From a virus: DNA of 64,000 nucleotides. The stretch covers positions 1-64,000 of the IMG/VR virus record IMGVR_UViG_3300034073_000569; one strand, given 5' to 3'. Numbering within the stretch: the first letter of the stretch is position 1; each line of letters starts with the position of its first letter. Under the pieces are notes generated by a model that made no database searches, had not been told where the DNA came from, and was given only the letters and a program-made list of their open reading frames with translations. Below, piece after piece: positions 1 to 10,463 of this stretch. The translations under genes were made by a program, and so were the position numbers.

Positions 1-3000
1 AGCATTATATCCATACTTCTGTACATATAGTTCAGATAGTCTTACAAATGCTTTGATAAGATTATCCTTCTCAATATCTGTTAAGTCACGGTTGAATACA
101 CGAATTACTTTATCTCCATAGATCTTCTTACCATTCTCCATGGTGTATTCTTGCATAACCACACGACCTGCTTGAACACCCGCCATTACAACACCACGAC
201 CAGTAGAAACTCTCAGACCAATATTTACATCTGGATTGCTTACACTTCTTAAATCAGTAAAGTCTGGATTGTTAGTAATAACACGACCTTCTACTTCTGC
301 TTTAGATAGTTGACGTTTACCGTCTTCTCCCACTGCAGACGTATACTCAATTCTTTGAATACCAGGCATAGCAGTAACTACATCTAAGTATACGTTACCA
401 CCATCTTTAGTGTTATCCAATAAAGTTTTTTGATAAGCTTTCTCAGCATCAATAGCTTCTTGGATCTCTTCATCTGTAGTTTCAGAATCTACAGTGTATT
501 CTCTTCTTACACGCTCAACTGTCCAGCTATCAATACCAGCTAGTGAACGGTAAATAATATTATCTTTAGTCTGCTCTCCTTCAGGGATAAGCTCATTGTC
601 AACATTTACATATGCATACTTAACACTACCATCTGCTTGAGGTTGTTTCTTAACAACTACAACTTTAATATCATTAGTGTTAAACTCAGTATCACGAATA
701 CCAAATGTATCATTCTCTGCAGTGATTACTTGAAGAGCATAACCTCTTCTAGCTAAGTTAAACTTAGCAGTAAACTTAAAGAATCTATCAGTACCATTCT
801 CTTCATTAGGAACAGTATCTTCTTCGTCTAAGTATTGACGACCAAATGTTTTATTAAAACCTACTTCTTCAAACTTAGGAAGCTTGTTAGTTTTACTAAA
901 TGTTGTAACTGTTTCATTATCTTCTAACTCTTCTGTTTCTTCTTGACCATCTTCATCTACATCTTTCTTAACAGCTTTTTTACGAGTCTTCTTTACAGCT
1001 TGTTTTGTCCAGCCTTCTTTATCTAAAGTAGCAGCTAGCTCTTCTGCATCAATTACAGCAGGGTCACCATCGTTAATCTTAATAGTAACGCTACTATCTT
1101 CTTCATTAACAGCCATAACTTCTAGCTTAGTAACCTCACCGCTATCAGTATCTGTAATGTTATAAATATCACCAGTTACAAACTCTGTAGTATTCTCTAC
1201 ATCATCATCTGTTTTATAAGTAACAGAAAGCTTTGATTGTGTGGGTACAATAGGAGCTGGAGGTTGAGGTTTAGATGCTTGTTCTTTAAGTTGAGCATCT
1301 ACTACAGATAACATCTCATCTGATAATGACTGTAGAAAGTTTTGCTTACCATTAATAGTATCTGCATACTTAGCCCACTCTAAACCAATACTCTTAATAT
1401 GGTTTTGTAACTCACCTTTAAGTTTGATCTTCTTGTTTAAAGTATCAGAGATACCTGGTTGGTTACGATCTTCTTTCTCATATTTATAGAAACCGTTATC
1501 ATCTTTTTCAAGAGCAGCAACAGTGGTCTCATTATCCTTTTGAAGCTTATCAAAGCTTTTCTTTAAACCATCAAGAACTTCTTGAGCTACAGTTTCAAGG
1601 TTTGTTACAAACCCTTTCTTCTGCATAGCTGCAATAACTTCTTCTTGAGATTTAATTCTGTACTGATATTCATTAAGTTGATCTACAATACCATCTGATA
1701 ACGATGAGTTCTCAGTAGATAGTAAATCATTCTTAACTTCAGTTACTTCTGTTAATAGGTCATTTAGAATAGTCTTATAAGCTGCTTGTTCAGCTGCCAT
1801 GTTAACCATCTTATTTTTACGAGCTACATCATCCTGAGTACCATCATACATGATATCAGCATTCATTAACTTGTTCTGTTTAACAATAGAAGCGACTAGT
1901 CCTTTATATCTATTGATCTGAGTATCAATATCTTCACCTAATACAAAGCCTAACTTAGCAATTTGTTCTGGATCAGATTTTCTAACAGCATCTAACTTCT
2001 GATCAATAGTACCTTCTACGCCAGCATTAATATGAGCTACAACAAACTGTGCAAATGCCGTATCTCTTAAAGCATCTTTCTTAAACTTATCATCTACTTT
2101 AGTAGATTCTTCTAATGCAGAGTTAACAGCTCTAAATGATGATGTAACTGCAGCAATTCTTTTTTCATCAAGAACTGGTTGGTTATTCTCATCATAAACT
2201 ACTTTTTCTAATTTTACAGGATTACCTTCAGCGTCAGTACCATCTACTATCTTAGTTTTGTAGATGTTACCAAACTTAAGCCAGTTCTCTTGAGCAGCAT
2301 TGTACATTTCAACTGCAGCTTGAGTTGCAGCTTGATCACGACCAAACTGTCTTACTCCACCAACACCTGCACCAATACCTCCTAAGATACCACCTATACC
2401 AATACTGATAGATGCTTCTGTATCTTTACCCATTAAAGCATCTCCAGTTTGTTTAAAGTATTGTTTAAATACTTCACTGGTGTTAGATAAGTCAGCCATA
2501 CGTCCACTTGTTCCGTATGCTTCATTAATTCTTTGAATAGCTAACTGACCGTTTTCTTCTACGTATCCTTCTGCAAGAACACCTTGACCAATACCACTTA
2601 TAAATGCACCTTTCTTAGAGTTAAGGAAACGCTCAATACCTGACGTAGCAGTTCTTACTCCCATGCTTTCTCCAAACTGAGCAGCACCTGTTACGGCACC
2701 AGCTACACCAGGAGCTTTACCAAATGCTTGACCTAACCATTTAAGTTCAATAGCATTGGTTGCAGCTAATAAAGCTGCGTTCATTAAGAAAGTATTTTGA
2801 GCAGCAGCCCCTGATATACGCTTCTTCTCTTCTTCTGTATAAGGAGTACCGTCTTCTTTATATCTTGTTCTACCAAACTCGTCATAAGATAAAGATTCCA
2901 TCACTTTATCTTTAACAGCTTTAGCTTCATACATGGACTCTGAAGAAGTAGCTAAAGCCCAAGCATTAAACTTATCTAATTTACTAAACGCATTTGCTGC

Positions 3001-3807
3001 ACTCTTTGTATAGTTTACAGCAGCACCAGCTCCTTCAATAGCAGCTTCTGCAGCTCCAACACCTACACGCATACCTGAAGCTAGTCTAGCAAGATTTGCT
3101 CCTAACTGTAACTTACTTAATGCAAGACCAGGAATCCATGCTGATGCAAGAAATGCTAAACCATCTACAGCATCTGTCATCCAGAAATCACCATCTGTAA
3201 ATGCTCTTGACCAAAAACCTTTATCTCTGTCTGCAGCTTCTTGATATGTTGGTAACCAATCATTTTTAGCTTTATCATCAATACTTCTAAATATTTCTGA
3301 AAAGCCATTATCTGAAGCTTTAGTAATAATATCTGCATCCCAGTTATCTGAGTCTAAAAGACCACCGATGTAACCAATACCTTCTCCAGTTTTAGTAAGA
3401 ATACCAAGACCAAGTCTACCTACACCTTTACCAAATGTTTCAAATCCTCCTTCTTGTTGACCATAAAAGTCATCATTATCTATACCATAAATATAACCAT
3501 ACTTTTCACCTCTATATTTTTTAGCAACTTCAGATGGTACAACTTTTGGGTCTACCCAAGATTCTTTAGCAAGAGGAAATGATCTATTAGCCTCTACATT
3601 TATAGCATTAAGAGCTTCATCATAAGACTTATATTTATTTTTTCTAGGTTCTTGATCAGTAAGAACTTGTTGTTCAGGTTGATCAATAGGACTAAGTGCC
3701 TCTACAGGAATGTCAGCTTCTGGCATTTCTTCTGTACTAGGCACGTTTTCAATTATATTCTCAGAAAGATTAGATGAGTAGTCTTGCTCAAAAAGATTTT
3801 CAGCCAT
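1..3807 (-). CDS. Giant virion cargo/ejection protein, N-terminal part (truncated by window edge; not in ORF track)
   Basis: ATG at 3807 (MAENLFEQDYSS...); the frame appears to stay open towards position 1. Gly/Ala-rich hydrophobic stretches (GLAFLASAWIPGLAL, SISIGIGGILGGIGAGVGGV) resemble the membrane-inserting N-termini of giant crAss-like ejection proteins. No RNA polymerase motif recognised in this part. Confidence 0.75.
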   Translation of the reverse strand, partial: MAENLFEQDYSSNLSENIIENVPSTEEMPEADIPVEALSPIDQPEQQVLTDQEPRKNKYKSYDEALNAINVEANRSFPLAKESWVDPKVVPSEVAKKYRGEKYGYIYGIDNDDFYGQQEGGFETFGKGVGRLGLGILTKTGEGIGYIGGLLDSDNWDADIITKASDNGFSEIFRSIDDKAKNDWLPTYQEAADRDKGFWSRAFTDGDFWMTDAVDGLAFLASAWIPGLALSKLQLGANLARLASGMRVGVGAAEAAIEGAGAAVNYTKSAANAFSKLDKFNAWALATSSESMYEAKAVKDKVMESLSYDEFGRTRYKEDGTPYTEEEKKRISGAAAQNTFLMNAALLAATNAIELKWLGQAFGKAPGVAGAVTGAAQFGESMGVRTATSGIERFLNSKKGAFISGIGQGVLAEGYVEENGQLAIQRINEAYGTSGRMADLSNTSEVFKQYFKQTGDALMGKDTEASISIGIGGILGGIGAGVGGVRQFGRDQAATQAAVEMYNAAQENWLKFGNIYKTKIVDGTDAEGNPVKLEKVVYDENNQPVLDEKRIAAVTSSFRAVNSALEESTKVDDKFKKDALRDTAFAQFVVAHINAGVEGTIDQKLDAVRKSDPEQIAKLGFVLGEDIDTQINRYKGLVASIVKQNKLMNADIMYDGTQDDVARKNKMVNMAAEQAAYKTILNDLLTEVTEVKNDLLSTENSSLSDGIVDQLNEYQYRIKSQEEVIAAMQKKGFVTNLETVAQEVLDGLKKSFDKLQKDNETTVAALEKDDNGFYKYEKEDRNQPGISDTLNKKIKLKGELQNHIKSIGLEWAKYADTINGKQNFLQSLSDEMLSVVDAQLKEQASKPQPPAPIVPTQSKLSVTYKTDDDVENTTEFVTGDIYNITDTDSGEVTKLEVMAVNEEDSSVTIKINDGDPAVIDAEELAATLDKEGWTKQAVKKTRKKAVKKDVDEDGQEETEELEDNETVTTFSKTNKLPKFEEVGFNKTFGRQYLDEEDTVPNEENGTDRFFKFTAKFNLARRGYALQVITAENDTFGIRDTEFNTNDIKVVVVKKQPQADGSVKYAYVNVDNELIPEGEQTKDNIIYRSLAGIDSWTVERVRREYTVDSETTDEEIQEAIDAEKAYQKTLLDNTKDGGNVYLDVVTAMPGIQRIEYTSAVGEDGKRQLSKAEVEGRVITNNPDFTDLRSVSNPDVNIGLRVSTGRGVVMAGVQAGRVVMQEYTMENGKKIYGDKVIRVFNRDLTDIEKDNLIKAFVRLSELYVQKYGYNA

Positions 3808-3822
3808 AAAAGTACAGGGTTA

Positions 3823-6195
3823 TTATTTTGCGTTTGATATAATACTTAATGCATCTGGATTATTAGCTAATACGGAAGCACGAGAATAAGCCTCTAAAGT
3901 TGATCCATAAGGATAATCAATAGGCTTACCATTTACATGTAAAATGTAACTATGGCTTTCAGGAGTATTACCATATAATTTTTTAATAAAGAAAGTAGGC
4001 ATACCTGCTTTACCAGAAATATTAAAATCTACACTTGTTCTATGAGATCCTGGAGTTCCATTATATACCTCAAGACCGGCCAATATATCTCTATGTAAAG
4101 GATTGATATTAGCAAATGGATCTAACTTAGAAGCAATAGTTGGTGCAATTTTACCTACTGTAAACATATCAGTTTTTTCATTATATTTAACATCTTGAGT
4201 ACCTAATCTAGCTGATAGTGATTCAACTACAGCTTTTCTATCTACTGGATTAGTAGCATTAGCATCATCAAGTTTAAACTCAATTTCATATCCATTAGCA
4301 GAAGGAAACCAAGAAATACCAGATACTTTACCTTCTAAACCTGTAAGAGCTTCAAGATAACCTTTTGTAGTTTTAAATCTAGCATCTCCAGTACTTAATG
4401 TAAAGCCTTGTTTAGTTACTGAAGTAACTGTATTACGCTCACTATTAAATTTATTTTTTAATTCAGTATACTTCTTTTCTAACGCCTCACCATTAATACC
4501 TAATTGTTTACCAGCTACAATACCAGAAGTATAGTTTAATACTCTTAAGTCATTGGTAGCACGAGAACCTCCAGTAGGAGAAGATTCATAGTAGTTTTTA
4601 CCAACATCCATTTTAATAGGTTGTCCGCCAGGAGTTAATGAAGGCATTGTTTTAACATATGTCTTCTTAATTGGGTCCCAGTCAACTTTAGTACCACCAG
4701 TAGAAACTACCTTTTGTTTTTGTTGACGATACTGTTGTAAAAGATCATACTCACTACCCATCTCTTGTTGAGCAAATCTTTCAGCATCTTTATTCCAGTT
4801 GTCTTTCCACTGCTTAGCTGCTTCTACTGCTCTAGATGCATTAACAAATGTAAGAGCTTTAGGATGATCAGGATGACTATTTATCCAAGCATCTACATCA
4901 TCTTGCGTTAAACTAGCTCCATTCTTACCAGCATATTTTTGACTTCTATCTGTAGCAACAATATAATCTTTAAGTTCTAAGAACGTAGACTTTTTTGTTT
5001 GCTCTGCAGTTTTTACTTTAGAATCTAAACTAGCATATGTAGTTTTAACTTCTTGTTCTCCTTGTCTAACAGGAAGTAAAGGAAGTTCTTCCTTAGCTGC
5101 TTTTCTAGTCTTCTCATTTTCTGCAGCATCAAAAGCCATACGAGCATACATCATAGCCACTTGGTTAAAACCAATTGTTTGTTCTACATCTGTATGTGAG
5201 AAACCATTAGCTAAACGACCAACAGTTTGACCAATATAAATATTTTCAGCTAACTTCTGAGCATTCTTTTTAAGAAATGAAACATCTCCTTGTTGAATAC
5301 TCTGAATATTACCACGTATTTCTTTAGCTCTTTCTGTATAAAAATCTCTTTCTTGTTGTAAAGCTTGACGCTTAGTTTCATCTTTCTCCCCTTTTAAGGC
5401 AGCATTAACTTGATCAAGTCTACTATCAATTAAAGGTAAATCTTCTCCAGCTTGGTTAATGTATAAACCAGCTACAGAGTTAAGATCAGGATATCTTACA
5501 GCTGCTTCAATACGCATCTGTTGTTTAGCCTTATCAGAAAGAGTAGCACTTAAGTATTTATTAATCTCTTCTTTTGTATAAGAAGCATCTTTGGTAGTAA
5601 CCATGTACATACCATTAACTTTTTCAACCTTAGTAGAACTAGGTTTGAAGTCCTTCATCTTATCTTGAACTTCTTTATTCCAATCATAGTATGGAGTAAA
5701 AGATCTTCTATTAGCATAGTAGTCATTTACAGTAGAGATATCATCTTTAGCAAAAGCTTGTCTCTGCATACGTACATAGTTGATGTTATCATCATTGTAC
5801 TCTTTGCCACCATCTTTTAATCTAAATGATTCTGCAATACCTTCTTGTGAATCCCAGTGTGCAGTTAATGCCATATCACCAAGAACACTACGGTTCTTTA
5901 CAAAAGGTTCAAACACACTAGCAGCTGTTTTAACATTCTGCTGTTGTGATAAATCTAAAGAAGATAAGTTTTTAAGATTCTCTTGAGCTTGTTTAAGAAA
6001 AGTATCTCTAACCTGAACACTATAAGGATTAGTCACGCCTCTGTTTACAAAACCATAGGCACTATTTACTTGAGCAAAACCTTGCTCATATAGTCCCTGT
6101 CTCCTTCTTAGCATTGTATCTAAAAAGGAGAAGTTGGGTGTAAACAGAGCCGGCTCTGGTATTACGTCAGTTACGTTAGGTAAGTAGGTTGCCAT
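3823..6195 (-). CDS. Virion cargo/ejection protein (790 aa)
   Basis: Helical/coiled-coil N-half; lies between the GG-motif proteins and the giant protein, as in crAss-like cargo clusters. Confidence 0.6.
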   Translation of the reverse strand: MATYLPNVTDVIPEPALFTPNFSFLDTMLRRRQGLYEQGFAQVNSAYGFVNRGVTNPYSVQVRDTFLKQAQENLKNLSSLDLSQQQNVKTAASVFEPFVKNRSVLGDMALTAHWDSQEGIAESFRLKDGGKEYNDDNINYVRMQRQAFAKDDISTVNDYYANRRSFTPYYDWNKEVQDKMKDFKPSSTKVEKVNGMYMVTTKDASYTKEEINKYLSATLSDKAKQQMRIEAAVRYPDLNSVAGLYINQAGEDLPLIDSRLDQVNAALKGEKDETKRQALQQERDFYTERAKEIRGNIQSIQQGDVSFLKKNAQKLAENIYIGQTVGRLANGFSHTDVEQTIGFNQVAMMYARMAFDAAENEKTRKAAKEELPLLPVRQGEQEVKTTYASLDSKVKTAEQTKKSTFLELKDYIVATDRSQKYAGKNGASLTQDDVDAWINSHPDHPKALTFVNASRAVEAAKQWKDNWNKDAERFAQQEMGSEYDLLQQYRQQKQKVVSTGGTKVDWDPIKKTYVKTMPSLTPGGQPIKMDVGKNYYESSPTGGSRATNDLRVLNYTSGIVAGKQLGINGEALEKKYTELKNKFNSERNTVTSVTKQGFTLSTGDARFKTTKGYLEALTGLEGKVSGISWFPSANGYEIEFKLDDANATNPVDRKAVVESLSARLGTQDVKYNEKTDMFTVGKIAPTIASKLDPFANINPLHRDILAGLEVYNGTPGSHRTSVDFNISGKAGMPTFFIKKLYGNTPESHSYILHVNGKPIDYPYGSTLEAYSRASVLANNPDALSIISNAK

Positions 6196-6198
6196 ATA

Positions 6199-6215
6199 CT
6201 ACATTATAAATATAC
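6199..6215 (-). promoter_or_regulatory. Repeated phage promoter-like motif, copy 1
   Basis: GTATATTTATAATGTAG just upstream of ATG 6195. Confidence 0.55.
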
Positions 6216-6271
6216 AAAAAAATCTTTAAAGTTTAGAACTAAACTTTTAAGGTTTACAATTATTATTAAGA

Positions 6272-9235
6272 TTATCTCCAAGGTCCAACTACTCCACCTA
6301 TGTTAAAACCAAAAGCATTTCTATACATACCTGGCATTTGTTGAGCCATTGTAGTTCTAGTAGTGTTAGGAATACCGTCATTATCTGTATCAGAATAAGT
6401 AGTTCTTCCACCTCTTAGTTGTGCAAGAGCTTCTTTTTCTGCATTAGCTTCAGTCATTCCTAAACGAAGATACTGATTTTTTAATGAAGGAAACTGAGCC
6501 ATTGGTCCAATGTTAGAAGATGCTGTTGCAAAACCTGGAGCTCCAAGCTTGCTAGCATCATATCCTTCTTTAAAGAAAGATAGTCCAGTTCTAGGATCAA
6601 CGTTATAGATAGGATTAACTTTATTAACCATATCTAAATACATTCTATTAGCAAATGCATTATTAGCTGCTTGTGTAATACCAGTTAAGTATTTTCTACG
6701 AGCATTATCTAAGTTTTGTTTAGTTGTTACAAAACCTTCCCAACGCTTATCTCTTGCTGCAGCATTGTATGCGTCATTAGCTGTCTTACGTTGTAACTCT
6801 TGAGCCATAAACTGATTAGCTCTATCTACATTACGAGAGTCTGTTTGAGCAATGTCTTGAGCTACTCCTTCACCAGTTTGTCCTGCTAAGAAAGAAAGAT
6901 TAGAAGCCATAGCTGTACCAGGCTGATATTGACCTAGTGTGTTAGCTGCTATGTTATACGTTTGCTGTCTTTGTTGAGCTTTAGATAACCAATCTTCTAA
7001 AGCTAAATCACCTTGTCTGTATGGTAATTCTGCCACAGAAGGTAAATAAGCTTGAGGAGGATTTAATCCAGCTGTTAACAATGCTAGTTTATCAGGTGTT
7101 AAGAATCCAGCTTTGCTAGGAGTAGTTTTACCAGGAGTAATCTGATTAGGTGTAATACTACCAGCACACTGCATAGCTGCAGCTTGTCTTGATCCTACAG
7201 CTCCATCAGCAGCCATAGCTTCAGCATCCATGTAAGATGACTCAATAATCATAGGATTACCAGCATCATCAATACCTGTACACTTATAACCAATAGGAGA
7301 TTTACCAGGAACCATCTTAGGCTTAGTGCGATAGCTATCATAGTGCTCAGCACCAATCATCATATCATCACCTAACTGAGTACGGTATTGATCACCTACA
7401 AACTTTTGAGCAAATTTTGGATAGAACTGTTTTTCAAAAAAGTTCTTATTAGCATAAAGACTCTTCTTGTTCTTTAATTGATCATCACTTAAGTTAGATA
7501 CATCTATACCAAGTTCTTTAAAGTATGCTTTACGAATATCTAATTCACTCATATTCTTTACAGCCTCTTCTCCTAATGTATCTTCTACTAATCTACGCTC
7601 ATACATATCAGGACTATATCCACCAAAGAATCCAGCTTTCTTACCTTTACTTCCTTTAAAAGTTAAACCAGGTGTTGAGCTTTGAATAACATTATACATT
7701 TTGCCACCCTTTGGATCTTTTCTGCTAAAGCCAAACTTACCTGATAAACGAGCAAATTCCTTAGCATCAGCTGCTGACATAGAGTTAATATTATATGAAC
7801 CTTTCACAAGCTTAGTATCATACTTCTCTAATAGTTGTTTATACTTAGCAAACTCTGGATCATTAACATCAGCTAATGATTTAGGAGATAATGTTTGATC
7901 AATGACTTCAGAAGCATCAGGAACACGTGTAGGTTTAGAAGCAGCTTGACGTCTATCTAAATCTTGTAACAATGCTTGTTGTTGAGCAAGTTGAGCAGCT
8001 TGAGGAAAAATCTGATAAGGATTTAGTGGATCTACTACTTGACCAGCTAATTGATATTCAGGAATATAACCACCATATGCAGCTATTGGCATTTGATCTT
8101 TTGCTCCTTCTACAACAGCTGGAATTCCTTGAGGAAAACCTTTCATCTCTTCTTGTACAAGAGCTAAAGCTGATAACTTCTTGCGATAGTTAGTAAGCAT
8201 CAACTGAGCTGTAGCTTTTGATATTTCATCTGCTTCAGGATCTTCTACAATAGCTTTGTATTTATTAATATCATACTTCTTAGCAATCTCTGCAGGAGTA
8301 TATCCACCAGCTTTAGGAGACTTGCCAAACATGGTTAGAATAGATGGATCTTTAATTTTCATTTTCTTAGTATCTGAGAAAATAAAACTACCTTCAGGAA
8401 CATTAAGAGGCACACCGCCTTGAGAGTGACGCTTACCGTTAATATTCATATGTTCTAAACCACCATCTCCATCTATATCACCATATACGGTTTCCCCGCC
8501 TTCTGCTTCTATATTAGCAGCATAACGTGGTACTTCAGTAATACTATTACTTACAGAGTCTGCTCTTGATTCAGGCATGTCAGTCTGTACTCTACGTTGA
8601 CCAAGATCTAATCCATATCCAGATTGACCACCGTATTTAAACTCTAAGTTTTCTGGTTTACCAGTTATTCTAATCTTTATCATATTACTTGTATTAGCAA
8701 AGTTCTCTTCTCCACCCATTTGAAACATACCTTCATTAGGTTTACGTGTTACATTCTCACGGAATCTACCAGTGTTAATTTCAGCGTTACCTCTAAACAT
8801 AGGATTAACTACTTGATTATCAAACTGGTTTTGTCTAAACGCTCTTTCATAGTCTTTAAGCTTTTTGTTCTGACCAAAGTAATCTACAGCAGCTCCTGTC
8901 ATTAACAAAGCATCAGACCAGTTAGATATGTCATTAGCAGTGTTTACAGTGTCTTCACTAAATAAAGGTTTTCTTTTATTAGGATTTACAATATCAGGAC
9001 TATCAGTAACTGGTGTTCCTTTACTATTATCTACTGCAAACTGTGTAGTAGGCTCACCAAAATCACCAACTGTAGTTTTAGATCCATCAGGATTGATAGT
9101 AGTAACTTTAGGTAATGGTGGCATAGCAGTCTGACCAGGCATTGTCCATGCATAGTTTGGTTGAGACTGATTTAATATTTGACTATTTAAATACTGAGCT
9201 TTAGGTAGTCCTTTTTTTACAATACGTATTTTCAT
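6272..9235 (-). CDS. Virion cargo protein (987 aa) with EAEGGE...HSQGG...FIFSD segment and xxGG motifs
   Basis: Segment EAEGGETV...GKRHSQGGVPL...FIFSD recalled from crAss-like cargo proteins; FQMGG, FKYGG, AAYGG, FNIGG motifs; synteny. Confidence 0.6.
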   Translation of the reverse strand: MKIRIVKKGLPKAQYLNSQILNQSQPNYAWTMPGQTAMPPLPKVTTINPDGSKTTVGDFGEPTTQFAVDNSKGTPVTDSPDIVNPNKRKPLFSEDTVNTANDISNWSDALLMTGAAVDYFGQNKKLKDYERAFRQNQFDNQVVNPMFRGNAEINTGRFRENVTRKPNEGMFQMGGEENFANTSNMIKIRITGKPENLEFKYGGQSGYGLDLGQRRVQTDMPESRADSVSNSITEVPRYAANIEAEGGETVYGDIDGDGGLEHMNINGKRHSQGGVPLNVPEGSFIFSDTKKMKIKDPSILTMFGKSPKAGGYTPAEIAKKYDINKYKAIVEDPEADEISKATAQLMLTNYRKKLSALALVQEEMKGFPQGIPAVVEGAKDQMPIAAYGGYIPEYQLAGQVVDPLNPYQIFPQAAQLAQQQALLQDLDRRQAASKPTRVPDASEVIDQTLSPKSLADVNDPEFAKYKQLLEKYDTKLVKGSYNINSMSAADAKEFARLSGKFGFSRKDPKGGKMYNVIQSSTPGLTFKGSKGKKAGFFGGYSPDMYERRLVEDTLGEEAVKNMSELDIRKAYFKELGIDVSNLSDDQLKNKKSLYANKNFFEKQFYPKFAQKFVGDQYRTQLGDDMMIGAEHYDSYRTKPKMVPGKSPIGYKCTGIDDAGNPMIIESSYMDAEAMAADGAVGSRQAAAMQCAGSITPNQITPGKTTPSKAGFLTPDKLALLTAGLNPPQAYLPSVAELPYRQGDLALEDWLSKAQQRQQTYNIAANTLGQYQPGTAMASNLSFLAGQTGEGVAQDIAQTDSRNVDRANQFMAQELQRKTANDAYNAAARDKRWEGFVTTKQNLDNARRKYLTGITQAANNAFANRMYLDMVNKVNPIYNVDPRTGLSFFKEGYDASKLGAPGFATASSNIGPMAQFPSLKNQYLRLGMTEANAEKEALAQLRGGRTTYSDTDNDGIPNTTRTTMAQQMPGMYRNAFGFNIGGVVGPWR

Positions 9236-9237
9236 AA

Positions 9238-10455
9238 TTACATTATTTCAAACTGATAACCTTGTTGACGAAGAACTTCAAGTTGTTCTGGAGATACATC
9301 TAATATTTCACCTTCTACTGGACCACCCATTTGCTTAGCAAAGTTCTTAGCAAAGTTAGCTTTTTTTCTCATAGCAGGGCTATACTTTCCTTCTGGTGCG
9401 TTAAGTATTGCTGAAGCAGCTTCTTGTACTCCCATGCCCATACGAGTAGCTTGTGCTTTAAATGTTCCTTTCTTAGATGGGTCTAAATGAATACCACCTT
9501 GTTCCATCATCTCTACTGCATAGTCTGCTGGGAATGACATATCATATTCTGGAATAAAACCACCTGCTTGATAGAATGCATTACCACTAAAAGTAGATCC
9601 ACCTTCTTTCCATGTCTTTCTAGCAAACGCTCTAAAGAAAGGATTATTCTCTAAATTCTTTTTATGACGAGCATAGAAAGCTGCTTTACGTTCTGGATCT
9701 TTAGGATGCTGACCTAACTTAGAATCACCAAAGTATTTAACAGTTCCATCAGGACCAGTTACTTTATGTGTTTTACCTTTACGATCATTACTTCTTGTAA
9801 CAACGTATCCGCCATTAGCCATCATTTCTTCTTCATCCTCTTGCTCATACTGCTCCCCCATTTCTTCTCCACCTTCTCCTTGAGCTTCAGGATTATACAT
9901 CATATAATCAGAAATGCTATTTACACTATCATCAATTACAGCAAGCTTAGAAGCAATCCATGGATCTAAGTTTTGTTCAGGAGAAACAAACTGACGTAGC
10001 TTACTCATCTTATCTGCAACAGCAGTCATTTGACCTAAAGCCATACCACCATTAGGTTCTCCACCTTCTTCCATATAATCAAATCCACCATACATCATTT
10101 CTGGAATATATCCTCCATAGGCATAACCATAATCACCCATCTTATCAAGATTACCAGCTGCAGCAAAACGTGCACGAGCAATCTCTGGTGGCATCTTTTC
10201 TCCACCTTCAGCCATATTATCCATAATCTTTTGTTGTACAGCAGGAGGTAATGCCTTAAAGCCTGGGTTATCTGGTGTACCACCATCACCCATTACTTCC
10301 ATACCGTATTCAGCTTTACGCCAAGTACCACCTTTAGACTTATACCATTTAGCAGCCCAGCCGTTAGCATAAGCACTAGGGTATACATCAAATTTAGATT
10401 TGGCCATAGACTTAGCTCTAGACCACAAGGCAGGGTTATTAGGTTTGTTTGCCAT
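9238..10455 (-). CDS. Modular (polyprotein-like) putative virion protein with about 10 xxGG motifs
   Basis: 405 aa made of short basic/acidic modules separated by MGDGG, MAEGG, YAYGG, MMYGG, MEEGG, MANGG, WKEGG, YQAGG, MEQGG, KQMGG. Confidence 0.65.
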   Translation of the reverse strand: MANKPNNPALWSRAKSMAKSKFDVYPSAYANGWAAKWYKSKGGTWRKAEYGMEVMGDGGTPDNPGFKALPPAVQQKIMDNMAEGGEKMPPEIARARFAAAGNLDKMGDYGYAYGGYIPEMMYGGFDYMEEGGEPNGGMALGQMTAVADKMSKLRQFVSPEQNLDPWIASKLAVIDDSVNSISDYMMYNPEAQGEGGEEMGEQYEQEDEEEMMANGGYVVTRSNDRKGKTHKVTGPDGTVKYFGDSKLGQHPKDPERKAAFYARHKKNLENNPFFRAFARKTWKEGGSTFSGNAFYQAGGFIPEYDMSFPADYAVEMMEQGGIHLDPSKKGTFKAQATRMGMGVQEAASAILNAPEGKYSPAMRKKANFAKNFAKQMGGPVEGEILDVSPEQLEVLRQQGYQFEIM

Positions 10456-10463
10456 TTTAAATA

